64,000 nt of DNA from Balanoglossus misakiensis (Eukaryota; Animalia; Hemichordata), in NCBI GenBank assembly GCA_040954595.2, contig CM082597.2:3688014-3752013 (forward strand), in the 5' to 3' direction. The translations under genes and the position numbers were made by a program. This document shows positions 37,728-51,731 of the stretch, in pieces; within the stretch, counting starts at the first letter, position 1, and the number at the start of each line of letters is the position of its first letter. The notes beneath the pieces were generated by a model. That model saw only the letters and a program-made list of their open reading frames with translations. It was not told the DNA's origin and searched no databases.

Positions 37728-39607
37728 ACAGGCCCATCATGTAATGCATCGCTAAAGAGGATAGTTTTTACTGGATGTTAAACTTACATTCGTGTTGGTT
37801 TGTGTCGCAATCAGCCTCATCACTACCATCGAGGCAATGAGGTGTACCATCACATCGAAACTGTAGGTGTATCTTCCGACCAAAGGCACATTCGAAGTAA
37901 GGCTCATCTATCAAGAGTATTATAGCAGTTGCAAAAATTTTATTCCTTACATTTACCAATTCATTAAATGCAGGATTTCGAAAAACAGCCTCACTATGGG
38001 AAAGGCTACGTGGCCGATCGTGATTCTTTAATATTAGGCAATTAACTACGTGGCCGAGCGTGGTTCTTAGATAGGGAATTAACCACAGCGAGGTTCTTAG
38101 ATAGGGAATTAACCCATACATGCATGGATGGTAGCAAACTCACTGCATTGATTTTCATCATCTCCATCTGAGCAATCTGGGAATCCGTCACAAATATGCA
38201 TTTCCGGAACACAGGTCAGTCCATCCGCGCAGACGAATTCTTCGTAATAGCATTCTGCATGGAAATATGAGTTACATTGTTTCAATGGTAACTATGAATT
38301 ATCACATGTTGTGCGGTTTACTCATAATGTACTCCATGTAGTCACAGCCCAACTTTACACGTACAATCAAACAGTGGTGCAAACTAACTACATGTAAAAA
38401 AACAATCAAATACAGTCCGGATGTCCAGGGACCAGCGGATCTACTTGCATATAATCATTTTGATAACCTTTACATTTAATGGAACTAGCATCATTATACA
38501 AAGTAACGGGAAATTACATGTTATTTCGTTTTTTTAATTATCCACGTGCAGGACTGTGTAGATGTGCATAGCCAACTACTGTATACCAAATGGCGTAGGC
38601 TTAGCCTCCCAGCTCAGAGAGGCACACAATTTAAATGGAAGCGTCTCCTAAGAAGCATCTTATATGTAGTTACTTTCTTGTTGAAATGACGTCATCATGG
38701 AAAATAACATGAAAATTGATGACGTGTCTCTTTGTGGCATTGAAGTACATCGAGTTTCTTTTAGCTTGCTTAATACATTTCCTTGCAGTCTGTCATAATG
38801 AAAGAAAACACAAACAGCTGTGCACATTGGCACTTGTAGTTGTTAAATCTATCACAATTCGACTTCTTCATAAACCAATTACGAACAAAACATGCGACGA
38901 ATAAACCTTTATGGTCGTAAACAACACACCTTGTTTTGGTTGTAGGCATGTTTTCCCTTGTTCCGTATCGCAGCACTTCAATGTGGATGGACAGTCGGCA
39001 TCACCTACACAAAAGTGATTGGAATCGCCCGTGGCTGTTTCAATGGGGCAGTGACCAGGTTTCAGGCCTGTAGAAGAATAAGAAACAAATGCAGTGTTTC
39101 TCCAGATGAATTTTCAATGCCTACTCATATAATACCCCGAAACAAAAAGACATATGCCCTTTTATGTACCTTCGCAAACTGGAGGATCTCGATTCCTCGG
39201 GGTGATGGTTCGCGCGATCACGTTCCCATACTCGTTCACGCACTTGCAGATTCCATTGTCGTCACATTGCAATGATCGGAATGTACCATCTTCTTCACAG
39301 TTTAGGGGGATCTGTCTTGGAGGATTATATACCATGGTACGGGGGACAGGATAGAACACCGTACCCCTACCGCTGCAGAGACCGTTTCCGTCAGGCACCT
39401 CAGTCTATGTTTTAAAAAAAGCCACAATTAACAGTTACATATATCATATATGTTGCCTTTTTGATTGAACACATTACATTATTCAGGGAAACCCATATTA
39501 AAACGGTTATCGAATAATAAATAAATGGTAGTTACCCCTCGCAGGGCCGATGGATGGATTATCAGTAGTAAGAATACACTGTAACAAAAAGCACAGAAAC
39601 CTGCCAT
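33338..39607 (-). CDS. Secreted protein: signal peptide - thyroglobulin type-1 - WAP-like - 15 LDL-receptor class A repeats, no TM segment
   Basis: Signal exon 39536-39607; TY exon ~39170-39404 (C..DGTF..QC..CKCV..G); WAP-like exon (KPGHCP..C..DADCP..LKCC..C); 15 one-repeat exons ending DCxDxSDExxC or close variants between ~38254 and 33338; stop TAA after CNLS. Probable non-coding exon 1 ends ~40171. Confidence 0.85.
37010..37206. repeat. (CATA)n microsatellite
   Basis: Visible tandem repeat. Confidence 0.95.
38005..38115. repeat. Short imperfect minisatellite (~30-40 bp unit, ...GTTCTTAGATAGGGAATTAACC)
   Basis: About three diverged tandem copies in an intron. Confidence 0.6.
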
Positions 39608-40757
39608 GGTCTTTGGTCTATAGCGTGCGCAAGTGTACACACCAATTCACATACAAGGCAGGACATTTCATATATAAGCTACTTAATTGGGGTGAAAGTA
39701 ATTGTTCTGATAGTTGACTGGAAATAGATATGCAAATTAAATGATATGAGGTAATTTGCTCTGGTATAATCACAAGCATTGTGACGTTCTGATCAAGGCG
39801 CTGGGAATCAGGATATGAACCATTTATGGAGTCTCTTTGGTCGCATAAAAAAGTCGATCTAAACCTCACATGGACGACCTAACGAGTTGTAACCCAACAC
39901 TTTTTCACTTTTTATGGTTGAAAACACTTTAGAACGAATTATTACACGATTGGCAACTAATACTGACCTCATCAGGTATCGGAATTCAATAAAGATGCAA
40001 ATTAGGACGGGGTGTCAAATAATGCCACGTGTTAATGGACTTCAGTGACAGATTCAAAACCTTTTTTATTTCCTTAGTATATCTCACTATTAAGCAAAAA
40101 TGTTACCTTTATCTACAAAGGTGACACAAACCAATCGTGGAAAATAACAATTAAGCATGATTTTACTCACGTAGCCGATATACGAGAAAGTCAGTAGCGA
40201 CAGACCTTTCTGTTGGACGCGTACGCATCCATGGCTATGTTTTCTATATGAGCATGCATACGGAAGTCAAATTTGAACATTATTTATGCAAATGTCTGAT
40301 GTAGCAATTGTCCCAATGCACGTCACTGTATTAGGACGGGTACTTCCGTTTTTAGTGAAAAAGACCTTTCCCTCCAGACATGTCCTTTAGAAGGCTCAGA
40401 CACGCCTTTATAACTGTATACACTTTTATATGTAAATCAGAGGTACCAGTATAGACACGTTACATAACGACACAAAAGACTCGTGTAGAAGCGTCATACA
40501 GTCTACTTGCTCGTGGAGCATATTGTTCATTTAAATATCAATTCAGTCTGCCTCAGAACAATGGCTTCATCGTGTCCTTTTATACATACACTGTACATTC
40601 AATACATGTCAGATCATTGACCGGTATATTTCTTTGAATATGAGGAAACCGATTTCAAAAAGAGGAACAAGAGTTCACCGTTATTTATTTGCCTTCCATT
40701 GTTGTTGTTGCTGACATGATTAAAGGTAAACACATCATTGATTAAATATATTCAAAT

Positions 40758-42878
40758 TTAACCAGCATCTTCTAGTCGATAGATTTTGATGCACTTCTTG
40801 TCGGCATCGGCCAGAGCAATGCGGTACGGACTGTAAGGAAACACAGCGACGCTGGTGATCTGGGTATTTTGATCGATTTCGTCGATACACGTGATCAGCC
40901 TGAGGGTAGGCGAGTACACCTTGATTTTGCCCCACCCGCAGATGATAACGTTGTCATACTGGTCAGCGGCGACGCAGGCGCTGATAGTGACCGAGTTACT
41001 GTCGGCAACGTGAGCGCTGCTTTTGTGCGCCCCGGTGAAGTCCATCACAGTTACCTTGTTGAGGTCATGCTGGAGCAGGATCAGGTCATCTTTGGAGTTG
41101 GTGGCCAGTGTAGCCATAGTGCAGCTCCCCCCGCCGTACACTGGTATGGGTTGCATAGACTGAAAGCTTAGGTTGAAAACAGCGATGTTGAGGATGTTCA
41201 GCGTGCTGCCATCCACCACAAAGATGTGTCCGTGCTGTGAGGTCGTGATGGCGAAGGGCTTAATATTGTTGCTGAAGTTCCCTAAGTACTTGTAGGTGCC
41301 CGCGTGGACCGAGAAGCGATGGACACAGCTGTTAGTGCAGTCTGTGACGAGCACTTGGTGGCGTTGTAAAGTTGTTATGCTTGCTGGGCAAACCGGGTGG
41401 TCTTCAGCGATTGGTTGAAGGTAAACACCATTTCTGTTGAAGGAGAGTAATGCTTCCTTCGCTGCATCTGCCACGATGATCTTCTCGTCTGGCAAAACTG
41501 TCAAACCGGTCGGATACACGACGACTGCATTGCCGCACTCTACAACATCATCAATATCAAAACGTGGCGACTGCATATCATCAGGATTTATCCCTACAAA
41601 ATAATAAAGCTAAATAATTAATTTAGTAATCTATCTATCTTACTTATCTAATTTACTTATCAATTCATTCATTGCTAATATATGGTTAATAGAATTGTGG
41701 ATATTCAGCTTCCAAGAACCATATCTGGTAATCATGAGAACAATTCCTAATCAACTTGTGAATCACCCACCTTTCTTGTTAAGTCGATCAGTGACTTTCA
41801 CCCGGCCAAGTATGCCAACCTGGTCACCGACAGTCGGCGGATGATCCGCCTGAGAAAACCCCATTGTTGGTTGCCTGTTATGTCTGCAATCAACAGATTG
41901 CAAGTTGTGAAACTCCTGCAACACCTGGTTGGCCATCAGCAGAAACGCCGCCTCGTTGTTCTGCTCCAGGAGTTGTTCCGCCATCTTGATTGACTTTGAT
42001 AGCTTTTTGTTTATGGCGCCAAGCTTTCCCGCCTTCTCATTGAGGGCGTCTTCCCTCTTATTGTATTTCTTTTCCAGCGTCAGCAGCAGCTGGTCTTCTT
42101 GGCGTCTGATGTCGTTCTGTAGGTCTTGCAGCTGGGCGGACACGGCGTTCGCCTCGCTGCCGATCTCTGCGCTGATGACATTCATTTTGGAGGCACTCAC
42201 GTCACGCTCTGCGTCCAGGATTGATTTTAGGGACTTCTTTTCTTCCAGAGTAGCGTGTGTCGAATCGCACACCCTTCGCAGGTCAAGCCGTTTGTCAGGC
42301 AAGACCTCGTTGATGTCACCGGGAGCGTGCTCCGGATGTTCGTGTCTCACGTAAACACACTCAGTACAGACAGGAACGTGGCAGAAGACGCAGTATAGGG
42401 TGAGGTCCATGCCGTAGTGCTCTGGACACATGACGTTCCGTTTGAAAGGTGAGACTATTAGAACCTGCCTGCGGTAGTCGTCTGTTGACATCATGCCGTG
42501 GTTGTGTCCCTCAGTAGCCGGCAGCCTGGAGTGCATGGCTCTGCAATCCCCGCAGAAGAGCAGCTGGCATTTATCGCAGTACGATTGACCCTGCCTCGCC
42601 GTGCAGATGCGACACAGGAGTTCGGGGCTCTCGTTGGCCAGGAACCGGTGGTGGTCGATCAGGTCCATCACGAAGGTGTTGTTTGGGAAGTCCTCGATCT
42701 CGACGTCGACCAGTCTCTGCTTGTCTCTGCACAGAGGACACCTGACTGAATCTGTTTCCGCGACATTCCTCAGACACGGCGTGCAAAATGTATGGAAACA
42801 AGGTAGGATTTTGGGAATGTTATAAGGTTGATCGCACACCGGGCAGTCGAGAAATCTGGGCCATGTTTCCTCTGCCAT
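40758..42878 (-). CDS. TRIM-NHL protein (RING, 2 B-boxes, coiled coil, NHL-type propeller), TRIM2/3-like; exons 41771-42878 and 40758-41593
   Basis: CPVC..LPCFHTFC..CPLC RING, two B-boxes and a coiled coil. Second exon has repeated PxGI/AV..IxVxD motifs (YPTGLTV..IIVAD, PFAITT..IFVVD, IALAD..CIKIY). Phase-1 GT-AG junction. Confidence 0.88.
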
Positions 42879-45584
42879 TATCGCGACTCAAGTGTCTACT
42901 TCACAAATTGATGCCTGAACAAATGATCGCTAGCCTGTGGAATCCTCGGCGGTCATTCTGGAAAAAAATACAGGTAGATATATCATTCTTAAATTTCATT
43001 GTTGATCATGACAGAGTGAATCATTGTAGCAACAAAATTACATATCAGCATTTAATGAAATGTAATTACCAATACACGTCTACCGTATCTAGTGACACAT
43101 CTCTCTGAGTACCGGGTGCTTAGTGGACTTCGCCTCCATAACGACACCCGCCGTTGCTACAACAAAACGTGATGTTTTCTCCATTGGATACCAGTCTCAA
43201 ATATGTTTTATTCTTAGTGTCCGCAATAATACACGTATCCCGTCAGTTTTTCTTTATAATCAACAACTATCAGGAAAATCATATTCCCTGACATTTGACG
43301 TTTAACATACTATTTTTTCACAACCAATTTACAATATATCGTTGTCTGAGGGACCCCGGCAAAATGGGTGTCACAAATGTACATATACCTGTGCATTGGT
43401 CCTTATGATCGCACGAATAGCAGGACCACGCACGCGATTCCCACCTTAAGCACCTTCAGTCGTCATAAATCTCTTTTTGTTAACAAAAATGAAAAAGTAC
43501 ACATACCGTAAGAGTCACCTGTGTTGACAATCTCTCCATGCCAATGGCTGACGATCTGGCTTCCTAAGCGCATGCCCAATGGCATAATTAATGAATCGAT
43601 GGTTTGGTAGCATATTAACCAATGACAGGCCATGACGCAGAGAAACAGCTGCTTCACCAACGAACATTAACACGGACGAATACGAAGTGATGACGTTACT
43701 TTTCGAATATGCAAATCAGAAGTTATGTCAGCTGGTGACTGTTCCAGCATGAGTGTGCGTATACCCGAGGTACATTCAAACTGGTTTGAACGCTAATCAG
43801 CGCTTTGGAGGTTCCATCAGACTTTGACCGGTATAAAGTGCAATGCACGCTGTTCATCTGCCGTCAACGTAAACACATTTTGGGGGAAACTCCGGGGAAA
43901 CCCCTTGACGTGCCCTTCGCGATCGGCACCCGGTCAGTGCGCAATGATTCGCGTACTTGGCCTCCACGGGACGCGAGTTTCCAGATAAACAGTAGCTGAT
44001 ATCGGCGTCGTCTATAGTATATGCCGTTTCATAGCTGTTGCAGGGATATAAAGATATGGCTTATCGCACCCATACTACGGTATTTTATTTATTAAACACA
44101 GTGAGGCTGATTCTCGTCGTGTTCGTCTGTTGTATTACATAGGGGTAGATATGCTCATGAACTACCTCTGCGATGTGTAACAGGCATGAATTATTTTTGT
44201 CAAATGTCTGTGGGCTACTTACATACATTTCTTTTCTAACACTTGCCAGGCAGTCCAACTGGCTAAAGGTAGTCCTACAGTATCAAGATTTCAAATCCAG
44301 TTTTTGACATGTTATTACGTGACATAACAACAGTAAGCTTTCAGACCAAAGAGAACATTCTAGCATTTCAAGATATGCATATTAATTTGAATATGTCCAA
44401 CTGCGTCATGTGTGAGGAATAGTATAAATCATCGAAATTAACATGCATCGTTCTGATTATGAACAACAACAACAACCCTGGCCAAATGCTATGATGCTGT
44501 GATGCTATTCTTAAATCTCCCTACCTCCTAGCATCTATTTTAGTTCTACCAATTAAATTGTTGCTGGTAGCATCATTTACTTTTTCTGGTAGTAGAAGTG
44601 AGGTAATTCTGTACAGCGAAAATCACATAGCCTATCACGAAAGCAAACTGTATGTACAATGTTAAAATAATTCACCCTAACAGTTTCATCATTTTTAGCT
44701 TCCCTCCTGTGGACAGAAAGGTCCAGTGAAATTTATCTCACTATTTAGGACAATGCCCAGGAAATGTTATTCAGTCAGTGATAATCTTCAGACTTTAACC
44801 AATGTGAACGCCATGCAAACGGTATTAGCCTAAGTGGGTGGGGCAGGGGACGACAACTGTGATCACGACATCCAGACGTCATTCCCTATGACCAATGGTA
44901 AACTGTGCTTATATTATATTGAATAAGATGCCGTTTTATGTAAGAAAGTCCATGATTTGTCTTGAAAATAGAAGACCGATTTGTGTGTATGCTTTTTCGA
45001 GTCACTCATATTTGCATATAATTCTCTCTATGGTATATAGCTGTCATTAAGCATATCCAATTATTTTGCCAGTGAACAAAAATAGTATCTGGCCCAATCC
45101 AATATACACGCACTTCAGTTGGATATTTTTAGAAAAAGTCGCACAGACATTAAACCATAAACTACAATAACAGGCAACAGTTGCGCACTGTTCGTAAATA
45201 GCGAAATCCAACACGTAGGACGTTTGCGCAACTTGTCGCAGTCTCCAGTCAACAGGAATTTACCAGGCAATTCAGGTATGTACACGCTAAATTTTATGTG
45301 GCTATATATGTTCAATGTTTTCAGCTAGGCATAGTCGTTGAAAATCGGTTGTTTGAGGAGATATAGGTTAAATGCGGTCACTTCATTCATAGTTTGTATT
45401 CAGGAGGTCTGAACGCGAGCAACTGGGCTACGGGTATGTGTATATAGGTGGCACAGGAGTCGGTGGGACTTTCGAAGGGATCATTAAACACAGACGTTGC
45501 TGATATTCTTGAGTGATATATTAAATATTGTGACATCCGCATTCACCGACATGTGTATACTTTAATTGCAGCACCAGTTGGAAC

Positions 45585-46366
45585 ATGAAACTCATTTTAG
45601 TGGTATTGACCCTTTGCCTGACAATCTGCCATGTTGCTGGCATGCAGGTATGTGAATAATTATACCTTGAGGAATAGCCACCATTTCTTTTGAACATTGT
45701 CGTTTAGATGACTTTTGATGAGAGCTAACCTAAGTGCACTGAATAATTTAGTGCCAATTGCACGATTTTACTAGTCAAAACAGCTGTCAGCAAAATCAGT
45801 TCATATCTGCTTTATTTTTGTCTGAGATAGAATAAATTAACCTCAAAGTATTTACAATGTACTCAGATATGTGTGTACCAACTGCATATAGCCACACGAG
45901 ATCTCACAGGTTCTCATGGAGCTCGGAACATGGTCTATTGGATTTGGTATTTAAAATGCGTGTAAATGCCTGCATGTATATTTGAGTGGAAATGTTGAAA
46001 ACAGCGTATTTCGATTTAATTAAGAACCTTCGAATAACAAGAGACTTTATTCTGTGGCAGAGGTCAAGTGATATGACGCGTCCTCGCCGTGATGGAGAGG
46101 AAGGTGATGCTTTCGAGGGCGATATCCTTCTGACACCAGAACAGAAAGCAGCGATTGAAGAAGCGATTCACCAACAAAAATCTGGAACAAAACGCGATGC
46201 TTTAAAACCTGATGGGGTGGCAGGGGGTCTGGTGCGTCCTCAACGTGACGGTGAGGAAGGTGATACCGACGCCTTTGAAGGCGATATCCTTCTGACACCA
46301 GAACAGAAAGCAGCGATTGAAGAAGCTATTCGCCAACAAAAATCCGGAGCAAAACGCAACGCTTGA
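45585..46366 (+). CDS. Secreted ~122-aa protein made of two tandem astacin-propeptide-like repeats (FEGDILLTPEQ...KR[D/N]A); exons 45585-45647, 46061-46366
   Basis: Signal MKLILVVLTLCLTICHVAG; CAG|gtatgt donor joined in phase 0 to gcag|AGG; two near-identical repeats; stop right after KRNA. Confidence 0.75.
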
Positions 46367-47673
46367 GGAAGCTACAGATCTAAAACAACCGGGAAGATAC
46401 ATAAGGTAAAGCTAAGTCTGCTGGAAAACCTTATCTCTTTTCTAGAAGAGATTTCAAATTAACACCATGGAAAATGACACTTATTAAAGAAACAGAGAGT
46501 GTTAAAGAGCCAGGAGCTAACTACAGACACGTGTAATTGACAGCAAGGTATACAATGTATATGTGTTACTATTGCTATTGTTTTATTGTTTCTTTCCTCC
46601 AGGACTAACCGAACGTTACTTTGACCACCGATGGAGATTATTCTCTTATCGATGTGCACTATTTCATCTAATGGGAGACGTTGGGATAGACCTTATACCA
46701 CTGACCACTGTCAAAATATGCCGTTTATTGGAATATTATAGCTTACAATTTAACTTCTACTTTCGTTACAAACTGACAATTATGCAACTTTGATTTTTCT
46801 TGATGAAGTGTATTCCAAATGGACTATTCTATAAGTAAATGCAAATTAATCATCACTCGTGCAGATCGACCATGCTTTATTGGACCAGATAACCTTGGTG
46901 TACACCAAGTTTAAATTATGAATGTCAACGTTACCCGTCCATAGTTACAGCCTCAACTTATAAACTACGTTTTTTTTCCATATTGAGCATTGCTCCGCTT
47001 CTGGTAGTAGTAAAATTTTACAAAATACGGTGAAATATGTCAAACTGCCTCGGAACGGAAATTCTGCTAGTAAACTAGTAATAAAATCCAGTGATTCATA
47101 TTGAGTGTCGGGCAGGCAATATTGCTGACCTGGCCGTTAATACGAGTTTTCGCGATCTACTGTATCATTCAATATTGCGGCAATGATAATCAATCATGTT
47201 TGGTCAGACTGAGCGATTGCTGTGTATATACAATAATTATTTTATTAACCCCAAACTCCTTCATGTGTTCAGGCTTTATAACATAACTACAGTAGAAGGT
47301 AAATGATATAAAAAGTAAATGTACATGGTCATACACACACACACACATGCATAATACATACATACATACATACATACATACATACATACATACATACATA
47401 CATACATACATACATACATACATACATACATACATACATACATACATACATACATACATACATACATACATACATACATTTGTTTATTGTATTTAAACAC
47501 AGACTCCGTCCGTTTGCATTTTAAATACGCTTTATTGATTGACAGCAATAGACTAGTAAAGAGAAGCCTTAACCGAAAATCTCAAAAGAGAAAGAAATCA
47601 CCAACTCCAACATGCAAGCTTCATGATGAATAAATATTCTCCATATTTATTTCTTGGAGATAATCAGACGTGT

Positions 47674-48919
47674 TTATATGTAGAAGAAGAAGAGCCTGCA
47701 GAGGTATTTGTGGCATCCGATATGCCAACAATATTCCACCATAACTTCATGGGCACTCTTGGCTCCTGGAGGCCAGAAGCGAATCTCTTGGTCCAGCATA
47801 GCTGGGCACTCCTATAATAATCAATAAAACATAGAAAATAGCTGTTAGTGAAAAATATTTAAATAATACTTGTAATTCAAAGTAACACATCACGCATATT
47901 TCAAGCCAAAACGATATACTGCACATAACACCCACTTTCATCTTGGGTTTTGCTAACAAATCTAATCTCTGTAGTAAGCAATATAATTTGTACTGAAGTG
48001 TATTTAACCCTTTCACTCCCAGTTCCCAAATCGAGAAAATTTAATCGTAGCTTAGACTTGAAACTGATCATGCGTAAAAAAATTGATGACTTACGCCAGT
48101 AATGTCCAAATCTCTGCAATGGAATATACTCCATCCGTTCATATAATGTTCAACAAAACACACACCGCACTCATCCCTTGGAAATCCAGTCGAAAGGCCC
48201 TGCAGTGTACAAAAAGAAATTCGACGTTAGAATACAAATCACACTGCTTCCATTACAGTTATCTGTTAAAACAACAACATGGAAATTATATGCTCAAAGA
48301 TACTGTTAGTAAACATCTGTAAATCAGAGACGTTCAAAGCAAAACAAAAAACTGCCAATGGCATTTGAAAACAAACAAAACAAAAATCAATCACTGGACA
48401 AAATATTCAAAACACTGGACATCTGTGGGCACATTTTGTTCAACACATATTATTCGATTCAATAGTCAGATCAGTAGAATCATCACACAATCAATCGCTG
48501 CTCAGTGTTCGTAACTTCAACCGAAAGACAAAGGACTTTATCCTAAGCATTTCAACTCCAGACTAGTCTTTTTGCGAACATGCAGAGAAACAGCATTTTC
48601 TTACCAGGTCAAAATCAGGAGTGCCTTCAATGACTTCCTTGTTCACACTCAGCAACAGTACAGAATTCGTCGTCTCTATATCGTCAGACGTCGCGAAATA
48701 CCAAGTGTCGTTAGCAACCGGCTGCATCGCTTCGGTCTCCCTCAAGGTTTTCTTCAGATTCTTGGGACAGGGAGCTTCATAGGTGAGAGCCTCGTTGTTC
48801 ACCAGAATGTCGAGGTATCGTGTCGAAAATATCATACACGAGTCTTCTCTTGCCTTCAGAACACCACTTACCAGAGTGCTGTATAGGCAAAGCAGGGAAA
48901 ATAACAGTAAAGACTGCAT
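47674..48919 (-). CDS. Unknown secreted Cys-containing protein, copy 1 (185 aa; exons 48605-48919, 48095-48199, 47674-47811)
   Basis: Signal peptide; CTG|GTAAGA and GGC|GTAAGT donors; phase-0 exons; many synonymous differences vs copy 2; CCAAT and TATA upstream. Confidence 0.8.
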
Positions 48920-49687
48920 TTTTATTTTACTGAAGTTCTGATCGGTGTCGTCTACACTGTACTGTGCGCTCTGACAGGATTGGTTTTGAACTGATTATCT
49001 CACCAAGAAGAACCTCATATATACACTTGTACCAAACCGAGATATCTCATGTGATTGGCTAAGCCCAATACGCTTACTACGTCATCAGGTACACAAACAT
49101 ATTCTTCAACTCCATTTATGACCAATACCAAATGTCCAGATAGATACTCGAATGATTGGCAATTTTTCAATGTCACGAAGCCACTCTCACGTGACATTGC
49201 CCACCTTTTGAAACGGATCAAATTTACAATTTTTGTTAAGCTCTGCACCCATTAGTTTCATACCAAGCCTGACCTGTATTAAGATAGATGACTACCCACA
49301 TGCAGTGCGTGGTTATCACATTTCATTGTTTTACATGCAGAATTTTGAGGAAATGGTGTTACAATATATTTTCTTGAAATTTCTCAAAAAGTGCCTAAAT
49401 AGAAGTATTATTTACTGAGAGTAGTCACAAAGTGAAACTGTATGATAAAATGAGTGACACATACCTTCATCAAAAAACCTTTATCATTCAATATGCAGTC
49501 CATCCGATGAGAGCAACCAACATTGATTGCAGATACTTTGTTCAAATCATTTCTAAGGCATTTTAGTGGCCCAGTGTGTACGTTCAATGGTGGGAGTAAA
49601 AGATTATCTCAAGGTCATTGCATGGATGTGTATACATGGATGCGCGTGGATTGATTGTTTGATTGGTGGAAGGATACATACATGTTC

Positions 49688-49995
49688 ATACATACATACA
49701 TAGATAGATACATAGATACATACATAGATAGATAGATAGATAGATACATACATACATACATACATACATACATACATACATACATACATACATACATACA
49801 TACATACATACATACATACATACATAAATACATACATACATACATACATACATACATACATACATACATACATACATACATACATACATACATACATACA
49901 TACATACATACATACATACATACATACATACATACATACATACATACATACAGACAGGCAGACAGACAGACAGACAGACATGGATGGATGGATGG
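49688..49995. repeat. Compound (CATA)/(GATA)/(GACA)/(GGAT) microsatellite
   Basis: Visible tandem repeats. Confidence 0.95.
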
Positions 49996-51731
49996 CATGC
50001 ATGTTGGTCCTCATGCTAACCGGTGATTGGTGAACAAAGCCAGTCGTCCTTCAGTACACGACCCCAACGTCCCGGACACGACCCCAACGCCCACCGGAAA
50101 GTGCAGAAGATGGTTGTCCCTATATCCAGATCCAATGCGTCGGTTTAATTGGAATGATGGGAACATGGTGTGCACTGGAAATTCGGACGATAAATTTTGT
50201 TTTATGAAGGTTTATATGACTTAATTTATTGCCGAAGTCAGAGATCGCATCGACTGCGATCGTATGAACTCGCAGTCAGTCAGCGATAAATCACATCGCC
50301 GGTTGGTTTTGGGGGTTAGCAAGAATCGCTGGTGCGGTGTGGCCCTATGTTGGCAATATGGACAAGATGATGCGTGTCTACAGAACACGAGGATACAGAA
50401 TGTCAATTGGCTTTTGACCGGATGAAGGCAATTTAACCACAAGTTATGACTGAGAACACAGATGTCAGTAAATATTAACATCACGAGTACATCTCTGTCA
50501 TCTGTCATCTCGCATTGCAATGTCATCAATATGTCTTCTCTTCAAGGAAGGAAAAACAGTTTCTAATAATATTTCTGATACGTAGTGATATAATAATTAT
50601 ATACAACTTTAAAGTATGAGTAAGAGTCTACTTAGAGAAGAAATACAAAAAATATCTTCTTGAGTTAGTAAATAAAGAATGGTTGCAACCACAATATGGC
50701 AGCTTCAATCAGAACACATAGGGCATGCGCAAATCTAATGCTGTGCCCATTTTGTCACCATAGCTGATCATGCTTTGCACCATCTGGCTAATTGGAGGGA
50801 TAGCTAAGAATATCGAAAAGGAATTTGTAAATAAAATTCGGAAGGATTCCCTGCCGATGGGCTTTTAAACATTTTAACAAAAATAAACTCAATCAGGATT
50901 GTGCAAAAATTCGCTTGCAAAAACTGCCTCACAGGTTTTGCCACTCTAAACTATACATATCAATCAGTTAAGAAAAATAATTCTGAATGTTCATATCCAT
51001 TCCTTGATCATTCACACATATCCCTTTTAAACAGGGAGCCGATCATTATCTATAGTAAATTGCTCCTATGTATAATCTTCCATACTTTTCAGTCCATCCG
51101 GTGAAAGCTTTAGTGATTGTAGATATTTTGCTGTGGACATGTATATTTCTGAGGCCTTTTAGTGGTTCAGCTTGGACGTTGATAACTGCAAATTTCATAT
51201 CAGGCTATTTCAAACGGTGGGAGCAGAACTTTTTCCCTCGGCAATTGCGTGGGTACATACATGTATGGATGGGTGTGGATTGATTGATTGATTGATGGAC
51301 GCACGGCATGCATGCATGTTCTCATACGTGCCAATGATAGGTTAACACAACCAGCCGTCCGCCAGAACAGGGCCCGGACGCCCAGCGGAAGTGGAGAGAA
51401 TCGTGTACCAACATCCTCCTCAAGTGCCTCGGCTCGATTGGTACACAAAGATCATTTCATGATAAAAGTTGGATGACGAAGGTAAATATGACTTGGTCAT
51501 ATTTTGAGTTAAGGAATATGTTTGTGTACCTTATACAGTTGTAAAGAAGCATAAGCGTATTGTGCTTAGCCAATCACACGAGAAATCCCCACGCATTGAG
51601 CAAACACTGGATTTGGCAAAAGTGTATATATGAGGTTCTTCTTGGCATGATGATCAGTTCAAAACCAACCTTTCCACAGCGCACAGTACAGTGTAGACGA
51701 CACCGACGACCAGAAATTCTACAAAGTCAAA

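Noticed and set aside
48563-48604. Insulin A-chain-like 'LVRKCCFSAC' ending the ORFs 48563-48919 and 51732-52175
   Set aside because: It is intron read-through: CTG|GTAAGA is a donor in both copies and conserved coding exons 2 and 3 follow. Cys spacing also does not fit insulin B and A chains.
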